Below are positions 38,107-48,139 of a stretch of 64,000 bases of DNA, piece by piece. Made by a program: the position numbers and the translations under genes. Position 1 is the first letter of the stretch. Each line of letters begins with the position of its first letter. This DNA is from Chloroflexota bacterium (GTDB lineage Bacteria > Chloroflexota > Dehalococcoidia > Dehalococcoidales > UBA2162), in assembly GCA_016190825.1 (NCBI GenBank), contig JACPPV010000009.1, positions 65,328-129,327 on the forward strand, read 5' to 3'. Under the pieces are notes generated by a model. That model was given only the letters and a program-made list of their open reading frames with translations, was not told where the DNA came from and did not search any database.

Positions 38107-39177
38107 GTGGACGTGGATATCGGGGAGCTACTGGAAACAACGCTGAACCTCAAGGCGTCAGACTTGCATCTGGCTGCTGACACTCCGCCGATGGTTCGCG
38201 TGCATGGTGAACTACAGGCCGTCAATAAGCACGAGCCTCTTACCGCAGAGGATGTTACGGGCATCTTTCACACGGTCGCCCCCGTGGAGGCGCGGCAGAC
38301 TTTCCAGGATCGCAAAGAGCTCGATTTTTCCTTCAGCCGGCCGGGACTGGGACGTTTCAGGGTAAATGCCAGCTTCCAACGTGATACCATCAGCCTATGC
38401 TTTCGCCCGGTCCCATTATCAATCCCCTCGATTGCTGCACTCAAGCTGCCTGAAATCTGTAAGAAACTGGTGACCAAGTCCCGAGGGCTGATCATCATTG
38501 CCGGTCCGACCGGATCCGGCAAGTCCACTACCCTTGCAGCCATGGTCGAGTATCTCAATGAGACCGCCACCAAACGGATAATTACTATTGAGGACCCGAT
38601 TGAGTTTATTCACAGCAATAAGAAGAGCATGATAATACAGCGGGAAATCGGCGCGGATACCGTTTCCTTTTCTGAGGCGCTGCGCCACGTCTTGCGGCAG
38701 GACCCGGATGTGATTTTGGTGGGGGAACTGCGTGATGTCGAAACAATCTCCATGGCCCTGACCGCGGCGGAGACCGGACATCTCGTTCTAACCACACTGC
38801 ACACTAACGGCGCGGTTGAATCGGTAGAGCGGCTGGTCGATGTGTTTCCGGCGGCCGCACAAGAGCAGGTCCGTTACCAGTTAAGTTTAGTGCTCGAGGG
38901 AGTCATTTTCCAGCTTCTTTTACCCCGCGCCAGCGGGGATGGCCGGGTGCCGGCCGTTGAGGTGCTGGCGGGAACGATGGCAATCCGAAATCTCATCCGG
39001 CAGAACGAACTGCACCAGATAAAGTCATATCTTCATAGCGGAGCCGGCTACGGAATGCAGACCCTTGAGCAAGCTCTTGCGGCGTTGGTCAAAGCCGGAG
39101 AGATTACCCCGGCCGAGGCAAAAAGCCGGGCGTCAGACCTGAAGGGCCTGGAAATCCTGCTGTTGAAAAGTTACTAG
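38107..39177 (+). CDS. pilT: Type IV pilus retraction ATPase PilT-like
   Basis: ASDLHL, GPTGSGKSTT Walker A, Asp box, and the His box LVLTTLHTN. About 356 aa, typical of PilT. GTG start 2 nt after the secA stop. Confidence 0.88.
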   Translation: MDVDIGELLETTLNLKASDLHLAADTPPMVRVHGELQAVNKHEPLTAEDVTGIFHTVAPVEARQTFQDRKELDFSFSRPGLGRFRVNASFQRDTISLCFRPVPLSIPSIAALKLPEICKKLVTKSRGLIIIAGPTGSGKSTTLAAMVEYLNETATKRIITIEDPIEFIHSNKKSMIIQREIGADTVSFSEALRHVLRQDPDVILVGELRDVETISMALTAAETGHLVLTTLHTNGAVESVERLVDVFPAAAQEQVRYQLSLVLEGVIFQLLLPRASGDGRVPAVEVLAGTMAIRNLIRQNELHQIKSYLHSGAGYGMQTLEQALAALVKAGEITPAEAKSRASDLKGLEILLLKSY

Positions 39178-39353
39178 AAAAAGCATAGAAGGTATCGACG
39201 CAAGTTTGTTATGGCGAGGGCGAAGCCCGAAGGAATCCGTGCTCATTCAGTCATACACAGATTTCTATGCTGAGTTAACCTGTTCAAGCAGAGGGTTCAC
39301 CCTCATGTCAAGTAGGGGCAGGCACCGAAGCGTTCGTAATGGCGATAATTTTA

Positions 39354-40088
39354 CTAAGCGCCTTTGCCGCTTTCTCCTTTGCCTGCGCCGGATGACGCCT
39401 GCACCCCGACTTTGAGCAGCTGCGCCTGCTTGGCGAGGCTCTTGATCTCCTCAGCAAGCTTACTGATACCGGCGGCAAGACTTACGCTGTGCGTATCAGT
39501 GCCGGACTTTCCGGAACTCTGTATCTCGTTGCTGGCGCTGATAATCTCCCCGGCAAGATGGTCATATTTATCCGCTGCCTCAAAACTTTCGTTAAGGTAC
39601 CGGGAAAAGAGATTATTCAAAGCAGTCAGCTCTCGCACTTTCTGCTCAAGAGACTCGGTCTGAGCCCGCACCATCTTTTCCAGGTTTTCCATATGTTCAC
39701 GATTGCTCAGAATCAGTCTTCTCCGTTCCAGCGCCCTTTCCACAATCAGGACAAGCTCATTTATGTTGAACGGTTTGTTAAGATAGCCTGAAGCGCCGTC
39801 CGTAAGCGCCTTGATGGCAATGCTGACATCGGCTACGGCGGTCGCCATAACTACTGCGGTATCGGGATGCGTTTTCCGGAGCTCTTCCAGCACTTCCATT
39901 CCCGATTTTCCCGGCAGCTTAATGTCAAGGAGGACGACATCGGGCTTCCATTGCGCCACCATTTCCAGCGCCTGATTGCCATTGGATGCGGTAATAACCT
40001 CATGGCCGGCCCTTTCAAGCACCCGCCGTATCAACAGCAGTACATCCTGCTCGTCATCGACAGCCAGAATAACAGCTTTACTCTGCAT
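39354..40088 (-). CDS. Response regulator: REC domain plus C-terminal coiled coil, no recognisable output domain
   Basis: AVILAVDDEQD...VVLLDIKLPGKSGMEVL...YLNKPF is a REC domain. ATG at 40088 has AGGAGAAGG upstream. The track start at 40118 is TTG. Confidence 0.85.
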   Translation of the reverse strand: MQSKAVILAVDDEQDVLLLIRRVLERAGHEVITASNGNQALEMVAQWKPDVVLLDIKLPGKSGMEVLEELRKTHPDTAVVMATAVADVSIAIKALTDGASGYLNKPFNINELVLIVERALERRRLILSNREHMENLEKMVRAQTESLEQKVRELTALNNLFSRYLNESFEAADKYDHLAGEIISASNEIQSSGKSGTDTHSVSLAAGISKLAEEIKSLAKQAQLLKVGVQASSGAGKGESGKGA

Positions 40089-40437
40089 CGTACCTTCTCC
40101 TGTAGAGTGTTCCTCCAAGACAGCGATATATCATCTCAACAACCGGGACCAATCCTGGTGCAATCTCTTCTTCTTACTTTGTCCCATTGCCAACTGTCTC
40201 AATCTTAGCGGGATAGTTGAGGAGTGTCAATCTGCTTAAGACTCAGGAGAGATGCGACATCTCTTCAGCGATTCCGGTAACGAAAACAGTCTGATTATGA
40301 GGGGTTTGGGAACTGACTATGGCCCATTTAGTTGACAAAACCATCGTTTCATTATAGAGTTGGTTTCAGTTGGGGATTCGTGCGGCGAGTTTGCCCGCCG
40401 CTTGCATGTGAAGTAGGCCGAGCATGGGAGTAATCAG

Positions 40438-42159
40438 GTGGCACCTGATGGAAAAGTAATATCATTTCAGGACAGGCTTGGCCAGGCTCTGGTGGAAGCT
40501 GGCTTTCTCACGCCAGAGGCGCTTAGCGGAGCGCGTGACGCCGCCAGAAGAGAAACCAAACGCCTGACCGATATCCTGATAGAGCAGCGCTTGATCTCCA
40601 GGGAAGTTCTTACTACCGCTCTGAGCTTTCAGTTCAAGGTCCCTGTTATCAATCTCAAAGGACTTGAGATCAAGCCCGATGTTTTGAAACTTGTTTCAGA
40701 AGAATTCGCCCGGCAGCGGGAGGTATTACCGGTGGCTGTCAGCAACGGCGGAGAGCTCCAGGTTGCCATGGAAAATCCCAATGATTTTGAGGCAATAAAC
40801 ACTCTGTCTGCAATGACGCGGCGCACCATCAGGCCGGTCCTTCCCCTGGATGCCCGGGTGAAAGACATGGTAGAAGTGATTTACACGCCGGCATCCCGGG
40901 TAAGCCAGCAGCTCGCCGAAACCTTGGAATCGGTGGCTGAACCAATCACGCCAGCGCCGCCGGCAAGGTCTGTGGCGATTACTGAGGACGTCACTCATGC
41001 GCCCGTGGTGCGCGCGGTGGACATGATCGCCCTTCAGGCGGTAAAAAGTCGGGCTTCCGATATTCACCTGGTGCCCACGATTGATTCTGCCAAGGTGCTC
41101 TACCGCGTTGATGGCGTGTTGCACCAGGTCCACACCTTGCCCCTGGAGATTCATCAGAACATGGTCTCAAGGATAAAGGTGATGGCAAAGATGGATATCA
41201 CGGAAAAGAGACGCCCGCAGGACGGCTCATTCAGCCTTACCTTCGGCGAACGGGAGATAAACTTCAGGGTGGCCTGCGTTCAATCTGCCTATGGTGAGGT
41301 AATGGTCATCAGGGTACTGGACAAAGGTAATATCCACTTTGATGTCTCAGAGCTCGGACTTACCGGCACGGCGCGGCAGGCTTACCAGAGACTTCTCACC
41401 TATCCCCTGGGTATGATCGCAATCAGCGGTCCGACCGGCTCCGGTAAGACTACCACATTGTATGCTTCCCTGTATACCTTGGCCGATGGGAAACGGAATA
41501 TCATGACCGTCGAGGACCCGATAGAGTACCGCTTTGAGAATATCACCCAGATTGAGACAAATCCGGCGGCCGGCATTGACTTTCCCTCTGGCTTACGGGC
41601 AATCATGAGAATGGACCCGGACATTATTCTGGTGGGTGAGGTACGGGACAAGGAGACGGCCACGGTAGCCATTCAGGCAGCGAACACCGGCCATCTGGTG
41701 CTATCTTCAATTCATGCTAACGATTCAGCCAGCAGCATAACCCGCTTTCTTGACTTGGGGGTTGAGCCATTCTCTGCCGCCACCGGAATCATCGGGATTG
41801 TGGCCCAGCGGCTGGTCCGCAAGATTTGCCCGCAGTGTAAGACACCGGCTGAGCCAACGGCCGTTGAAGCAATCGCTTATGAACAGGAGATGCAGGAATC
41901 CGCAGGAAAGTTTTACGCCGGTCAGGGCTGCAACGCCTGTTCTTTCACCGGCTATCAGGGCAGAATCGGCGTGTTTGAGGTGCTGGTAGTAACCGAGGAA
42001 ATCAGGAGTTTGATTGTTCAACGCGCCACCTCCTCTGAGATAAAAAGAGAGGCAATGAAACAGGGTATGGTGACAATGCACCGGGATGGCATGCTCAAGG
42101 TCAAAGAGGGCATAACTACTGTTGGCGAGGTAATGCGGGCGGTTTTCACCACTGCCTGA
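40438..42159 (+). CDS. pilB: Type IV pilus assembly / type II secretion ATPase (PilB/GspE family)
   Basis: 573 aa. N-terminal GSPII-type domains, GPTGSGKTTT Walker A, and a tetracysteine motif CPQC...CNAC. Confidence 0.9.
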   Translation: MAPDGKVISFQDRLGQALVEAGFLTPEALSGARDAARRETKRLTDILIEQRLISREVLTTALSFQFKVPVINLKGLEIKPDVLKLVSEEFARQREVLPVAVSNGGELQVAMENPNDFEAINTLSAMTRRTIRPVLPLDARVKDMVEVIYTPASRVSQQLAETLESVAEPITPAPPARSVAITEDVTHAPVVRAVDMIALQAVKSRASDIHLVPTIDSAKVLYRVDGVLHQVHTLPLEIHQNMVSRIKVMAKMDITEKRRPQDGSFSLTFGEREINFRVACVQSAYGEVMVIRVLDKGNIHFDVSELGLTGTARQAYQRLLTYPLGMIAISGPTGSGKTTTLYASLYTLADGKRNIMTVEDPIEYRFENITQIETNPAAGIDFPSGLRAIMRMDPDIILVGEVRDKETATVAIQAANTGHLVLSSIHANDSASSITRFLDLGVEPFSAATGIIGIVAQRLVRKICPQCKTPAEPTAVEAIAYEQEMQESAGKFYAGQGCNACSFTGYQGRIGVFEVLVVTEEIRSLIVQRATSSEIKREAMKQGMVTMHRDGMLKVKEGITTVGEVMRAVFTTA

Positions 42160-42389
42160 ATGGAGACTTTGCGAAGCCAAAGGAGATTACTAAAAAGTAG
42201 CCCCGCAGCTTCCCGAAAGTATGCAGGCTATTGGTGGTGTAGACCTCCGTACCTGCAGATCGCATCACAGGGAGGGATGCCTGTGTCACCATAATGCAGG
42301 TTTCAATGTTTTCCGCAGCCTCAATAAGAGGAATTTAGAAATTAAGAAATGCTTTTTCAGACACTTCTGGGTACTAAAGAGGACGATAA

Positions 42390-43598
42390 ATGGCGATCGA
42401 ATACGAAGCCTACGATAGGACCGGGAAAAAGGTAACCGGCGTCCTGGAAATCGATTCTTCGGACAGGGCCCAGGAAGCGCTCATCGCGGCGGACCTGGTT
42501 GTTCTCAGCCTGCGTAAGCGTGGAGAACGCAAGACTGTCTCTGAGCTTATGCCGACTTTCTTCGGCATCAAGCCGATCGACATCATTGCCTTTACCCGTG
42601 AGCTTGCCTCACTGCTTGATTCCGGCATTCCCCTGTATTCTGCCCTCGGAGTGCTTTATGAAGAGACCCAAAAGGGGGTTTTCAAGAAGGCTATCCGCTC
42701 GGTAACGCGTGACATTGAGTCAGGGATTTCACTTTCCCGAGCCTGCGCCAAAATACCATCGGTTTTCCCGCCGTTCTATATCAGCCTGCTCCAGGTGGCG
42801 GAGGAAACGGGCAAGCTGAAGGAGGCCCTGCTTGAAATCGTGGATTATCTAGAAAGGCAGAGAACTATCCTCTCTAAAATCAGAAGGGCGCTCACCTACC
42901 CAACAATTGTGTTTATCGTCAGCCTTGTCGGCGCCTTCATTGTTGTCACTTTCGCCCTTCCGCCAATAGTAAAACTGCTCGAGGAATACCAGGCACGGCT
43001 GCCCCTGTCCACGAAGATATTACTGTGGGTCAGTAACGCCGGAGTAGCCTATGGTAAGCAGGTGCTTATCACGACGGTTGCCTTGGCTTTCCTGGTCTGG
43101 CAATACAGCCGCACTTCCGCGGGAAAGGTAAGGCTGGACCGCGTCAAGCTTAAAATCCCGGTTATCGGAGGCATAGTTTACCGGAGCCAGATGGCGCGCC
43201 TTTGTTCAAGCCTGACAACCTTGCTCGGCGGAGGCGTGCCGACTGCCGATGCCATAAGGATTACGGCGGAGTCTACTGAAAACAGCGTTTTCCGCGAGGC
43301 AATGACCGCTGTTTACCACCAGGCGCTTACCGGAGACCGGCTTGAGCCGGCTATCCGGAAACAGGCGGTGTTTCCGCGCTTGTTCGCCCAGACGGTGGGA
43401 ATCGGGGAGGAAGGCGGTTCACTCAAGGATAATCTGCGTGGGCTTACTGCCTTTTATGAGCAGGAGACAGAGAGAGCGGCCAACCGTGCGACCGACATGG
43501 TTGAGCCGACCATCATCATCTTCGTGGGTATGCTGGTTGGCTTCATCGGCGTGTCCATTATGTCGGCCATTTATGGGCTAATCCCCCAGATAAAGTAG
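42390..43598 (+). CDS. pilC: Type IV pilus platform protein PilC/GspF family
   Basis: 402 aa with two GspF-type repeats and three TM segments. Confidence 0.9.
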   Translation: MAIEYEAYDRTGKKVTGVLEIDSSDRAQEALIAADLVVLSLRKRGERKTVSELMPTFFGIKPIDIIAFTRELASLLDSGIPLYSALGVLYEETQKGVFKKAIRSVTRDIESGISLSRACAKIPSVFPPFYISLLQVAEETGKLKEALLEIVDYLERQRTILSKIRRALTYPTIVFIVSLVGAFIVVTFALPPIVKLLEEYQARLPLSTKILLWVSNAGVAYGKQVLITTVALAFLVWQYSRTSAGKVRLDRVKLKIPVIGGIVYRSQMARLCSSLTTLLGGGVPTADAIRITAESTENSVFREAMTAVYHQALTGDRLEPAIRKQAVFPRLFAQTVGIGEEGGSLKDNLRGLTAFYEQETERAANRATDMVEPTIIIFVGMLVGFIGVSIMSAIYGLIPQIK

Positions 43599-43608
43599 CG
43601 TCTGAAAG

Positions 43609-44220
43609 ATGGCTCTAAAAACCGCTATGAATCAAAAGCAGAACTACCGCCAGGTACCGAATCTCAATTTTATCCCGCTGGAGTTCCAGAGGCGTCTCCT
43701 GCCATCCCGCGCGATGTTGGTCCGTGTCTCGCTCGCTGCGCTAATCGGTGTAGGCATCCTGATCAACGGCTTCCTCTACATGGAAAATCTAGCTGTGAAA
43801 GCTGACACGGACGCCGCGCAGGAAAGGATTGAGCAGGCAAACAGTAAGCTGGAGGCGGCAAATCTCAGGCGTGGAGACGCTGCAAAAATTCAGGCCGATA
43901 TCGATGCGCTTCAGAAGGAAGCCCTCTCTCTAAAGGAGGAATGGAGAGAGCTACAGGCCGGACAGGGCTGGCCGGAGGTGCTGTCGGCCGTTTTTGGAGC
44001 CAGGACCAGCGGAGTGGACCTCAATTCGGTCACCAAACAGGGCATCAGCCAGGTGGCTATCAGCGGGAATGCTACCAGTTACTCGGCGGTGCTTGAATAC
44101 CGGAACCAGCTTCTCACCTCTAAAGAGATATCCAGGATTGTCTCCCTGACATCAGAAAAAGAGGGGGCTTCGTTCTCTTTTTCAGTAGTAGCACAGATTG
44201 AGACGGTGGTTGCGCGATGA
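43609..44220 (+). CDS. pilN: PilN-like pilus alignment protein
   Basis: N-terminal NFIPLEF (NLLP-like) motif, one TM helix, a coiled coil, then a small alpha/beta domain. Confidence 0.55.
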   Translation: MALKTAMNQKQNYRQVPNLNFIPLEFQRRLLPSRAMLVRVSLAALIGVGILINGFLYMENLAVKADTDAAQERIEQANSKLEAANLRRGDAAKIQADIDALQKEALSLKEEWRELQAGQGWPEVLSAVFGARTSGVDLNSVTKQGISQVAISGNATSYSAVLEYRNQLLTSKEISRIVSLTSEKEGASFSFSVVAQIETVVAR

Positions 44221-44759
44221 CCATTCGCTGGAGACTGTCCAGAACTGATACTATCCTGGTGGCGGTGCTGGCAGCCATGCTGGCGCTCACCTTCCTTATT
44301 TCCCAGGAAAATACCGATGCGCGGCTGGTCAAATCCACGCTGGAAAATCGCGCCCGAGCCGCAGAGATAAACCTTGCCGAAGTGGGGACCGGAGCCAGTG
44401 CGGCGGACCTTACTCAAGCCCTGGAGCGGGCACGGTCAACGCTTACCAATCCCTTCCCGTCTGAAGAAAAGGCAGCCGCATTCGGCGTTGATATTGAGCA
44501 ATTCGCTACGAAGAATCGGGTTTCTATCAGCAACTGGAACAACAGCTATACTAACGCGGTATTTCGAAACAAGCGGTATCCGGTGGTAAGGCATATTCTG
44601 ACCATCGAGGGCAGTTACGAATCCCTGCTTAAATTCCTTGGAGAGGTGACTGCCACACCGCTGGCGGTAACCGTCGAAAGCGCAGCCATTCGTCTTCAGT
44701 CGCCCGGCGGAAACATATGGCACTTGAACGTGGAAATGCTGGTCTACTATGTTGAATAA
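44217..44759 (+). CDS. pilO: PilO-like pilus alignment protein
   Basis: ATGA overlap with the upstream gene. TM helix, coiled coil, and ILTIEGSYESLLKFLGEV (PilO-like GxY..l..Fl pattern). Confidence 0.5.
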   Translation: MTIRWRLSRTDTILVAVLAAMLALTFLISQENTDARLVKSTLENRARAAEINLAEVGTGASAADLTQALERARSTLTNPFPSEEKAAAFGVDIEQFATKNRVSISNWNNSYTNAVFRNKRYPVVRHILTIEGSYESLLKFLGEVTATPLAVTVESAAIRLQSPGGNIWHLNVEMLVYYVE

Positions 44760-44773
44760 ATCGAACCAGACAA

Positions 44774-45697
44774 TTGGTAGTGGTGAGTATTATGGCAGCA
44801 GTCGGTAAAGCCTGGGGAGCAGACAGGGCTGTTCTTGCCGTATCAATCGCAGGCATGAAGCTGAAGCTTCTTGCCTGCCGGGGCAAGGAGGTGACAGCCT
44901 GGGAAACGGTGGACCTGCCAGCCGGTTTGATGAGTGGTGGACTTCCGTCCAATCCGCCGGGACTTGCCGGTGTGATAAAAACGACGTTGAAGCGAAAGGA
45001 ATTCAGTGGACGCGTGCGAGTGCTTGCCGCTCTGCCATCCCTTTACTCAGTCTGCCGGATCATGGAGCTGCCGGACTTGCCCCGCATCAAGCCGGAAACG
45101 GTGCTCCCTCAGCAGGCGAGACGGGACATCGGCTACTCCGCCGAGAACAGCCTGCTGTTCTGGCAGCGCCTGAACAATCAAAGCGACGGTAGACAGTTTA
45201 TGGTTGTTTCCGTACCGAAGGAACCGGTGGTCGCCATTGTTCAAACATTTCAGACGGCAGAGGTGCCTCTCAGCAAGCTTGAGACGGCGACCTTTTCGTT
45301 GTGCCGGGCGGTAAATGAAACCGATGCCGTTATCCTGGAGATAGACCAGTATGGATTTGAGTCCACCATTATGAGAGACCACATACCGGTAATCACTCGA
45401 AGCCAGTTTTCGGGGCAAAGGCCGTGGGATGCCGAATCTTTGCCGGCGCACGTGACCGATGCTCTCCAGCGCATCATCTCCTTCCATGATGAAAATAATC
45501 CCGGCAGCCCCCTGTCTGCCAGCGTTCCGTCCTACTTGCTCGGCTCGGGTGTCTCCGGGAACCCCGGCGTAATTGAAGCGGCGAACGCTGTCCTGGGGCG
45601 TCCGGTGGCGGACTTCGATCCGCCGCTGACCTATCCGGCCGATTTTCCGAAATCGGAGTTCGCGGTGAACATCGGTCTCGTGCTGAAGGAACTATGA
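44774..45697 (+). CDS. pilM: PilM-like actin-fold pilus assembly protein
   Basis: 307 aa. Patterns ALPSLYSVCRIMELPDLP and FMVVSVPKEPVVAIVQTFQTAEVPLSKLETATFSLCRAV resemble PilM. Start uncertain (TTG at 44774, ATG at 44792). Confidence 0.6.
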   Translation: MVVVSIMAAVGKAWGADRAVLAVSIAGMKLKLLACRGKEVTAWETVDLPAGLMSGGLPSNPPGLAGVIKTTLKRKEFSGRVRVLAALPSLYSVCRIMELPDLPRIKPETVLPQQARRDIGYSAENSLLFWQRLNNQSDGRQFMVVSVPKEPVVAIVQTFQTAEVPLSKLETATFSLCRAVNETDAVILEIDQYGFESTIMRDHIPVITRSQFSGQRPWDAESLPAHVTDALQRIISFHDENNPGSPLSASVPSYLLGSGVSGNPGVIEAANAVLGRPVADFDPPLTYPADFPKSEFAVNIGLVLKEL

Positions 45698-45742
45698 CGA
45701 ACCAGAGCATGGTCAGGGCGACGTTTCTTCTGATTCTTCATT

Positions 45743-45775
45743 GTCATTCCTGCTTACGCAGCAATCTATCCCTGC
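45743..45775. repeat. Intergenic palindromic repeat, family C variant
   Basis: gtcattcctgcttacgcagcaatctatccctgc. Its ends match gtcattcccgc...gcgggaatctactccctgc of the 30377 copy. Confidence 0.5.
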
Positions 45776-45871
45776 ACTACCCGGATTCGTGCTGTGCGTG
45801 TAGTGTGCCGATACAGGGAAGGACATACCGCCGCTCAGCGCGTTTTTTGCCTAGCCCCAAACCGCCTCCAA

Positions 45872-45880
45872 TGATATAAT
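45872..45880 (+). promoter_or_regulatory. Extended -10 element TGaTATAAT 6 nt upstream of the pcrA GTG
   Basis: TG at 45872-45873 and TATAAT at 45875-45880. GTG at 45887 with no SD in between, implying a leaderless or near-leaderless transcript. Confidence 0.45.
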
Positions 45881-45886
45881 TGGCAG

Positions 45887-48070
45887 GTGGATATACTGGA
45901 TAAGATACTTGCCGGGCTCAACCCCGCCCAGAAGGAAGCCGTTGAAGCGCCCGACGGGCCTTTACTTATTCTGGCCGGACCGGGTAGTGGCAAGACCCGG
46001 GTCATCACCCATCGCATCGCCTACCTGGTCCGTATCCGCGGTGTTAATCCCCAGCGTATCATGGCGGTCACCTTCACCAACAAAGCCGCGAGGGAAATGA
46101 CCGAGCGACTTGAAAGACTGATGAGCTATGCAGTCAAGGAGCTGACCATCGGCACGTTTCATGCCATCTGCTCCCGGATACTGCGACGCGACGGCAGTGC
46201 CATCGGCATCGACAATCGATTTGTCATCTACGACGGTGACGACCAGACCCGACTGCTCAAGCGCTGCCTTCAGGAGCTAAACCTCGACCCCAAGCAGTAT
46301 GCCCCGGCGGCGCTAGCTTCGGCGATTTCCTCGGCAAAGGCCCACCTGCTTGATCCCCGCCAGTACCTTGAGCGCGGGCGCAGCTATTTCGATGAGATTG
46401 CGGCGCGGGTGTACGAACTGTACCAGCAGCGGCTCCGCGAGAGCAACGCGCTCGACTTCGATGACTTGCTGATGATGGCGGTGCTCCTTTTCCGGCGGAA
46501 CCCGGATGTCCTGGAGCGGTATCAATCGCGCTACCTGCACCTGCTCGTTGACGAGTTCCAGGATACCAACCTGGTGCAGTATGAGCTGATCAGGCAGATT
46601 GGCGGCAAGCATCGCAATATCTGCGTTGTGGGCGACCCCGATCAGTCGATCTATTCCTGGCGGTTCGCCGATTTGCGCAATATCCTGAGCTTTGAGAAGG
46701 ACTACCCTGATGCCCGGGTCATCTTGCTCGAACAGAGCTACCGCTCCACCCGGACCATCCTGGAGACTGCCTCGCGGATCATCATGGCTAACCAGCAACG
46801 GAAGCCGAAGAACCTGTGGACGGAAAACGAGGTAGGCGAGCCGGTCAGCACGGTGGAAACCTACAACGAGCAAGAAGAGGCGCAGTTTGTCGCCCGGGAG
46901 GTGGAGCGACTGGTCAGTCGCGGAGAAGCCAGCCTGGGCGATTTTGCGGTGATGTATCGGACAAACGCGCAATCGCGCGTCATCGAGGAGACCTTTCTGC
47001 GCCACGGGATTTCCCATCGCCTGGTTGCCGGCACGCGGTTTTACGAGCGGCGTGAGGTCAAGGATATCATCGCCTACCTCCGGCTTATTCAGAACCCGAA
47101 CGATGGCGTCAGCCTGATGAGGATCATAAATATCCCCCAGCGCGGTATCGGCGATCAGAGCCAGGCGCGATTCTCCGCCTGGGCGAAGTCGCTCGACCTC
47201 TCGCTTTATGAGGTGCTGAAGCAGTTGGCCGGAAAGGAAATGAAAGCGCCCTTCACCCCGCACGTCGCCGGGGTACTGTGCGCTTTCGCCGGCATGATGG
47301 AGGGACTCGCCGCGCGGAGCAATGAGTTGAACCTGGTCGACCTGTTCGACCTCGTGGTCGAGCGCACCAACTACCGGGCATACCTGATGAATATGCCTGA
47401 TGGCGAAGAGCGCTGGGATAACGTCATGGAGTTGCGCAAGGTCGCCGAACAGCACCGCGACCTCTATCCGCCGGACGGTCTGACGGCGTTTCTCGAGGGC
47501 GTAACGCTGGTCTCGGATGTCGACAGCCTGGAAGAGGGCGTGCCAGCGGTCACCCTGATCACCCTCCACCAGGCGAAGGGGCTGGAGTTTCCGGTGGTCT
47601 TCATCGTTGGCATGGAGGAGGGACTTCTCCCTCACTTCCGCTCCTTTGACGACCCGGCACAGATGGAGGAAGAGCGGCGACTCTGCTATGTGGGCGTGAC
47701 GCGGGCGAAGAAGCGACTCTACCTAGTGCGGGCGTTCCGCCGCAACCTGATGGGACGGAGTATCGTCACCGAACCGTCCCGCTTCTTGGCCGACATCCCG
47801 CGTGATAAACTAGCGACCGGAAGCTCGTGGCAGGAGGAGCGGGGCGGCGTTGACGCCTCGCAATACGCCTGGGAAAAGCCGTCACTGTCTGCCGCCGTTG
47901 CCCGGCCGGACCTGAAAGCGGGCGACCGCGTCCGCCACGCCCAGTTCGGCGAAGGGGTGGTGGTCGGTATTAAGGCGACCAGCAACGATACCGAGGCGAC
48001 AGTAGCCTTCGATGGCCATGGGGTAAAAAAGCTCTTAATGAGTTTCGCCCGACTGGAGAAGGTGGTATAA
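45887..48070 (+). CDS. pcrA: ATP-dependent DNA helicase PcrA/UvrD
   Basis: 727 aa. LNPAQKEAV, AGPGSGKT, DEFQDTN and the remaining SF1 motifs, plus a C-terminal Tudor-like tail (GDRVRHAQFGEGVV). Confidence 0.95.
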   Translation: MDILDKILAGLNPAQKEAVEAPDGPLLILAGPGSGKTRVITHRIAYLVRIRGVNPQRIMAVTFTNKAAREMTERLERLMSYAVKELTIGTFHAICSRILRRDGSAIGIDNRFVIYDGDDQTRLLKRCLQELNLDPKQYAPAALASAISSAKAHLLDPRQYLERGRSYFDEIAARVYELYQQRLRESNALDFDDLLMMAVLLFRRNPDVLERYQSRYLHLLVDEFQDTNLVQYELIRQIGGKHRNICVVGDPDQSIYSWRFADLRNILSFEKDYPDARVILLEQSYRSTRTILETASRIIMANQQRKPKNLWTENEVGEPVSTVETYNEQEEAQFVAREVERLVSRGEASLGDFAVMYRTNAQSRVIEETFLRHGISHRLVAGTRFYERREVKDIIAYLRLIQNPNDGVSLMRIINIPQRGIGDQSQARFSAWAKSLDLSLYEVLKQLAGKEMKAPFTPHVAGVLCAFAGMMEGLAARSNELNLVDLFDLVVERTNYRAYLMNMPDGEERWDNVMELRKVAEQHRDLYPPDGLTAFLEGVTLVSDVDSLEEGVPAVTLITLHQAKGLEFPVVFIVGMEEGLLPHFRSFDDPAQMEEERRLCYVGVTRAKKRLYLVRAFRRNLMGRSIVTEPSRFLADIPRDKLATGSSWQEERGGVDASQYAWEKPSLSAAVARPDLKAGDRVRHAQFGEGVVVGIKATSNDTEATVAFDGHGVKKLLMSFARLEKVV

Positions 48071-48110
48071 TCTGGAAAATCTCAAGTGACAAAATAGCAA
48101 GCAGCAAGTA

Positions 48111-48139
48111 TTGACAGGCTACACGGAAACGTGTATAAT
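48111..48139 (+). promoter_or_regulatory. Perfect-consensus sigma70 promoter TTGACA-17-TATAAT at the left edge of the pcrA-mutL islet
   Basis: TTGACA at 48111-48116, 17-nt spacer, TATAAT at 48134-48139. The spacer and flanks are duplicated upstream of mutL (49561-49591). Confidence 0.6.

Noticed and set aside
39206-39415. 69-aa plus-strand ORF between pilT and the response regulator
   Set aside because: It spans a degenerate family B-like repeat and the 3' end of the response-regulator gene on the other strand. No SD.
42221-42418. 65-aa ORF between pilB and pilC as a candidate pilin
   Set aside because: No class III signal peptide or hydrophobic N-terminal helix. It is Cys/His/Arg-rich, lacks an SD, and overlaps the pilC start.
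8195-45775. Repeat families A-C as a CRISPR array
   Set aside because: The copies are kilobases apart, in both orientations, internally palindromic, and not separated by uniform spacers. No cas genes are present.
45694-45879. 61-aa ORF after pilM (MTNQSMVRATFLLILHCHSCLRSNL...)
   Set aside because: It reads straight through a family C repeat (HCHSCLRSNL is the repeat translated) and into the pcrA promoter, so it is spurious.
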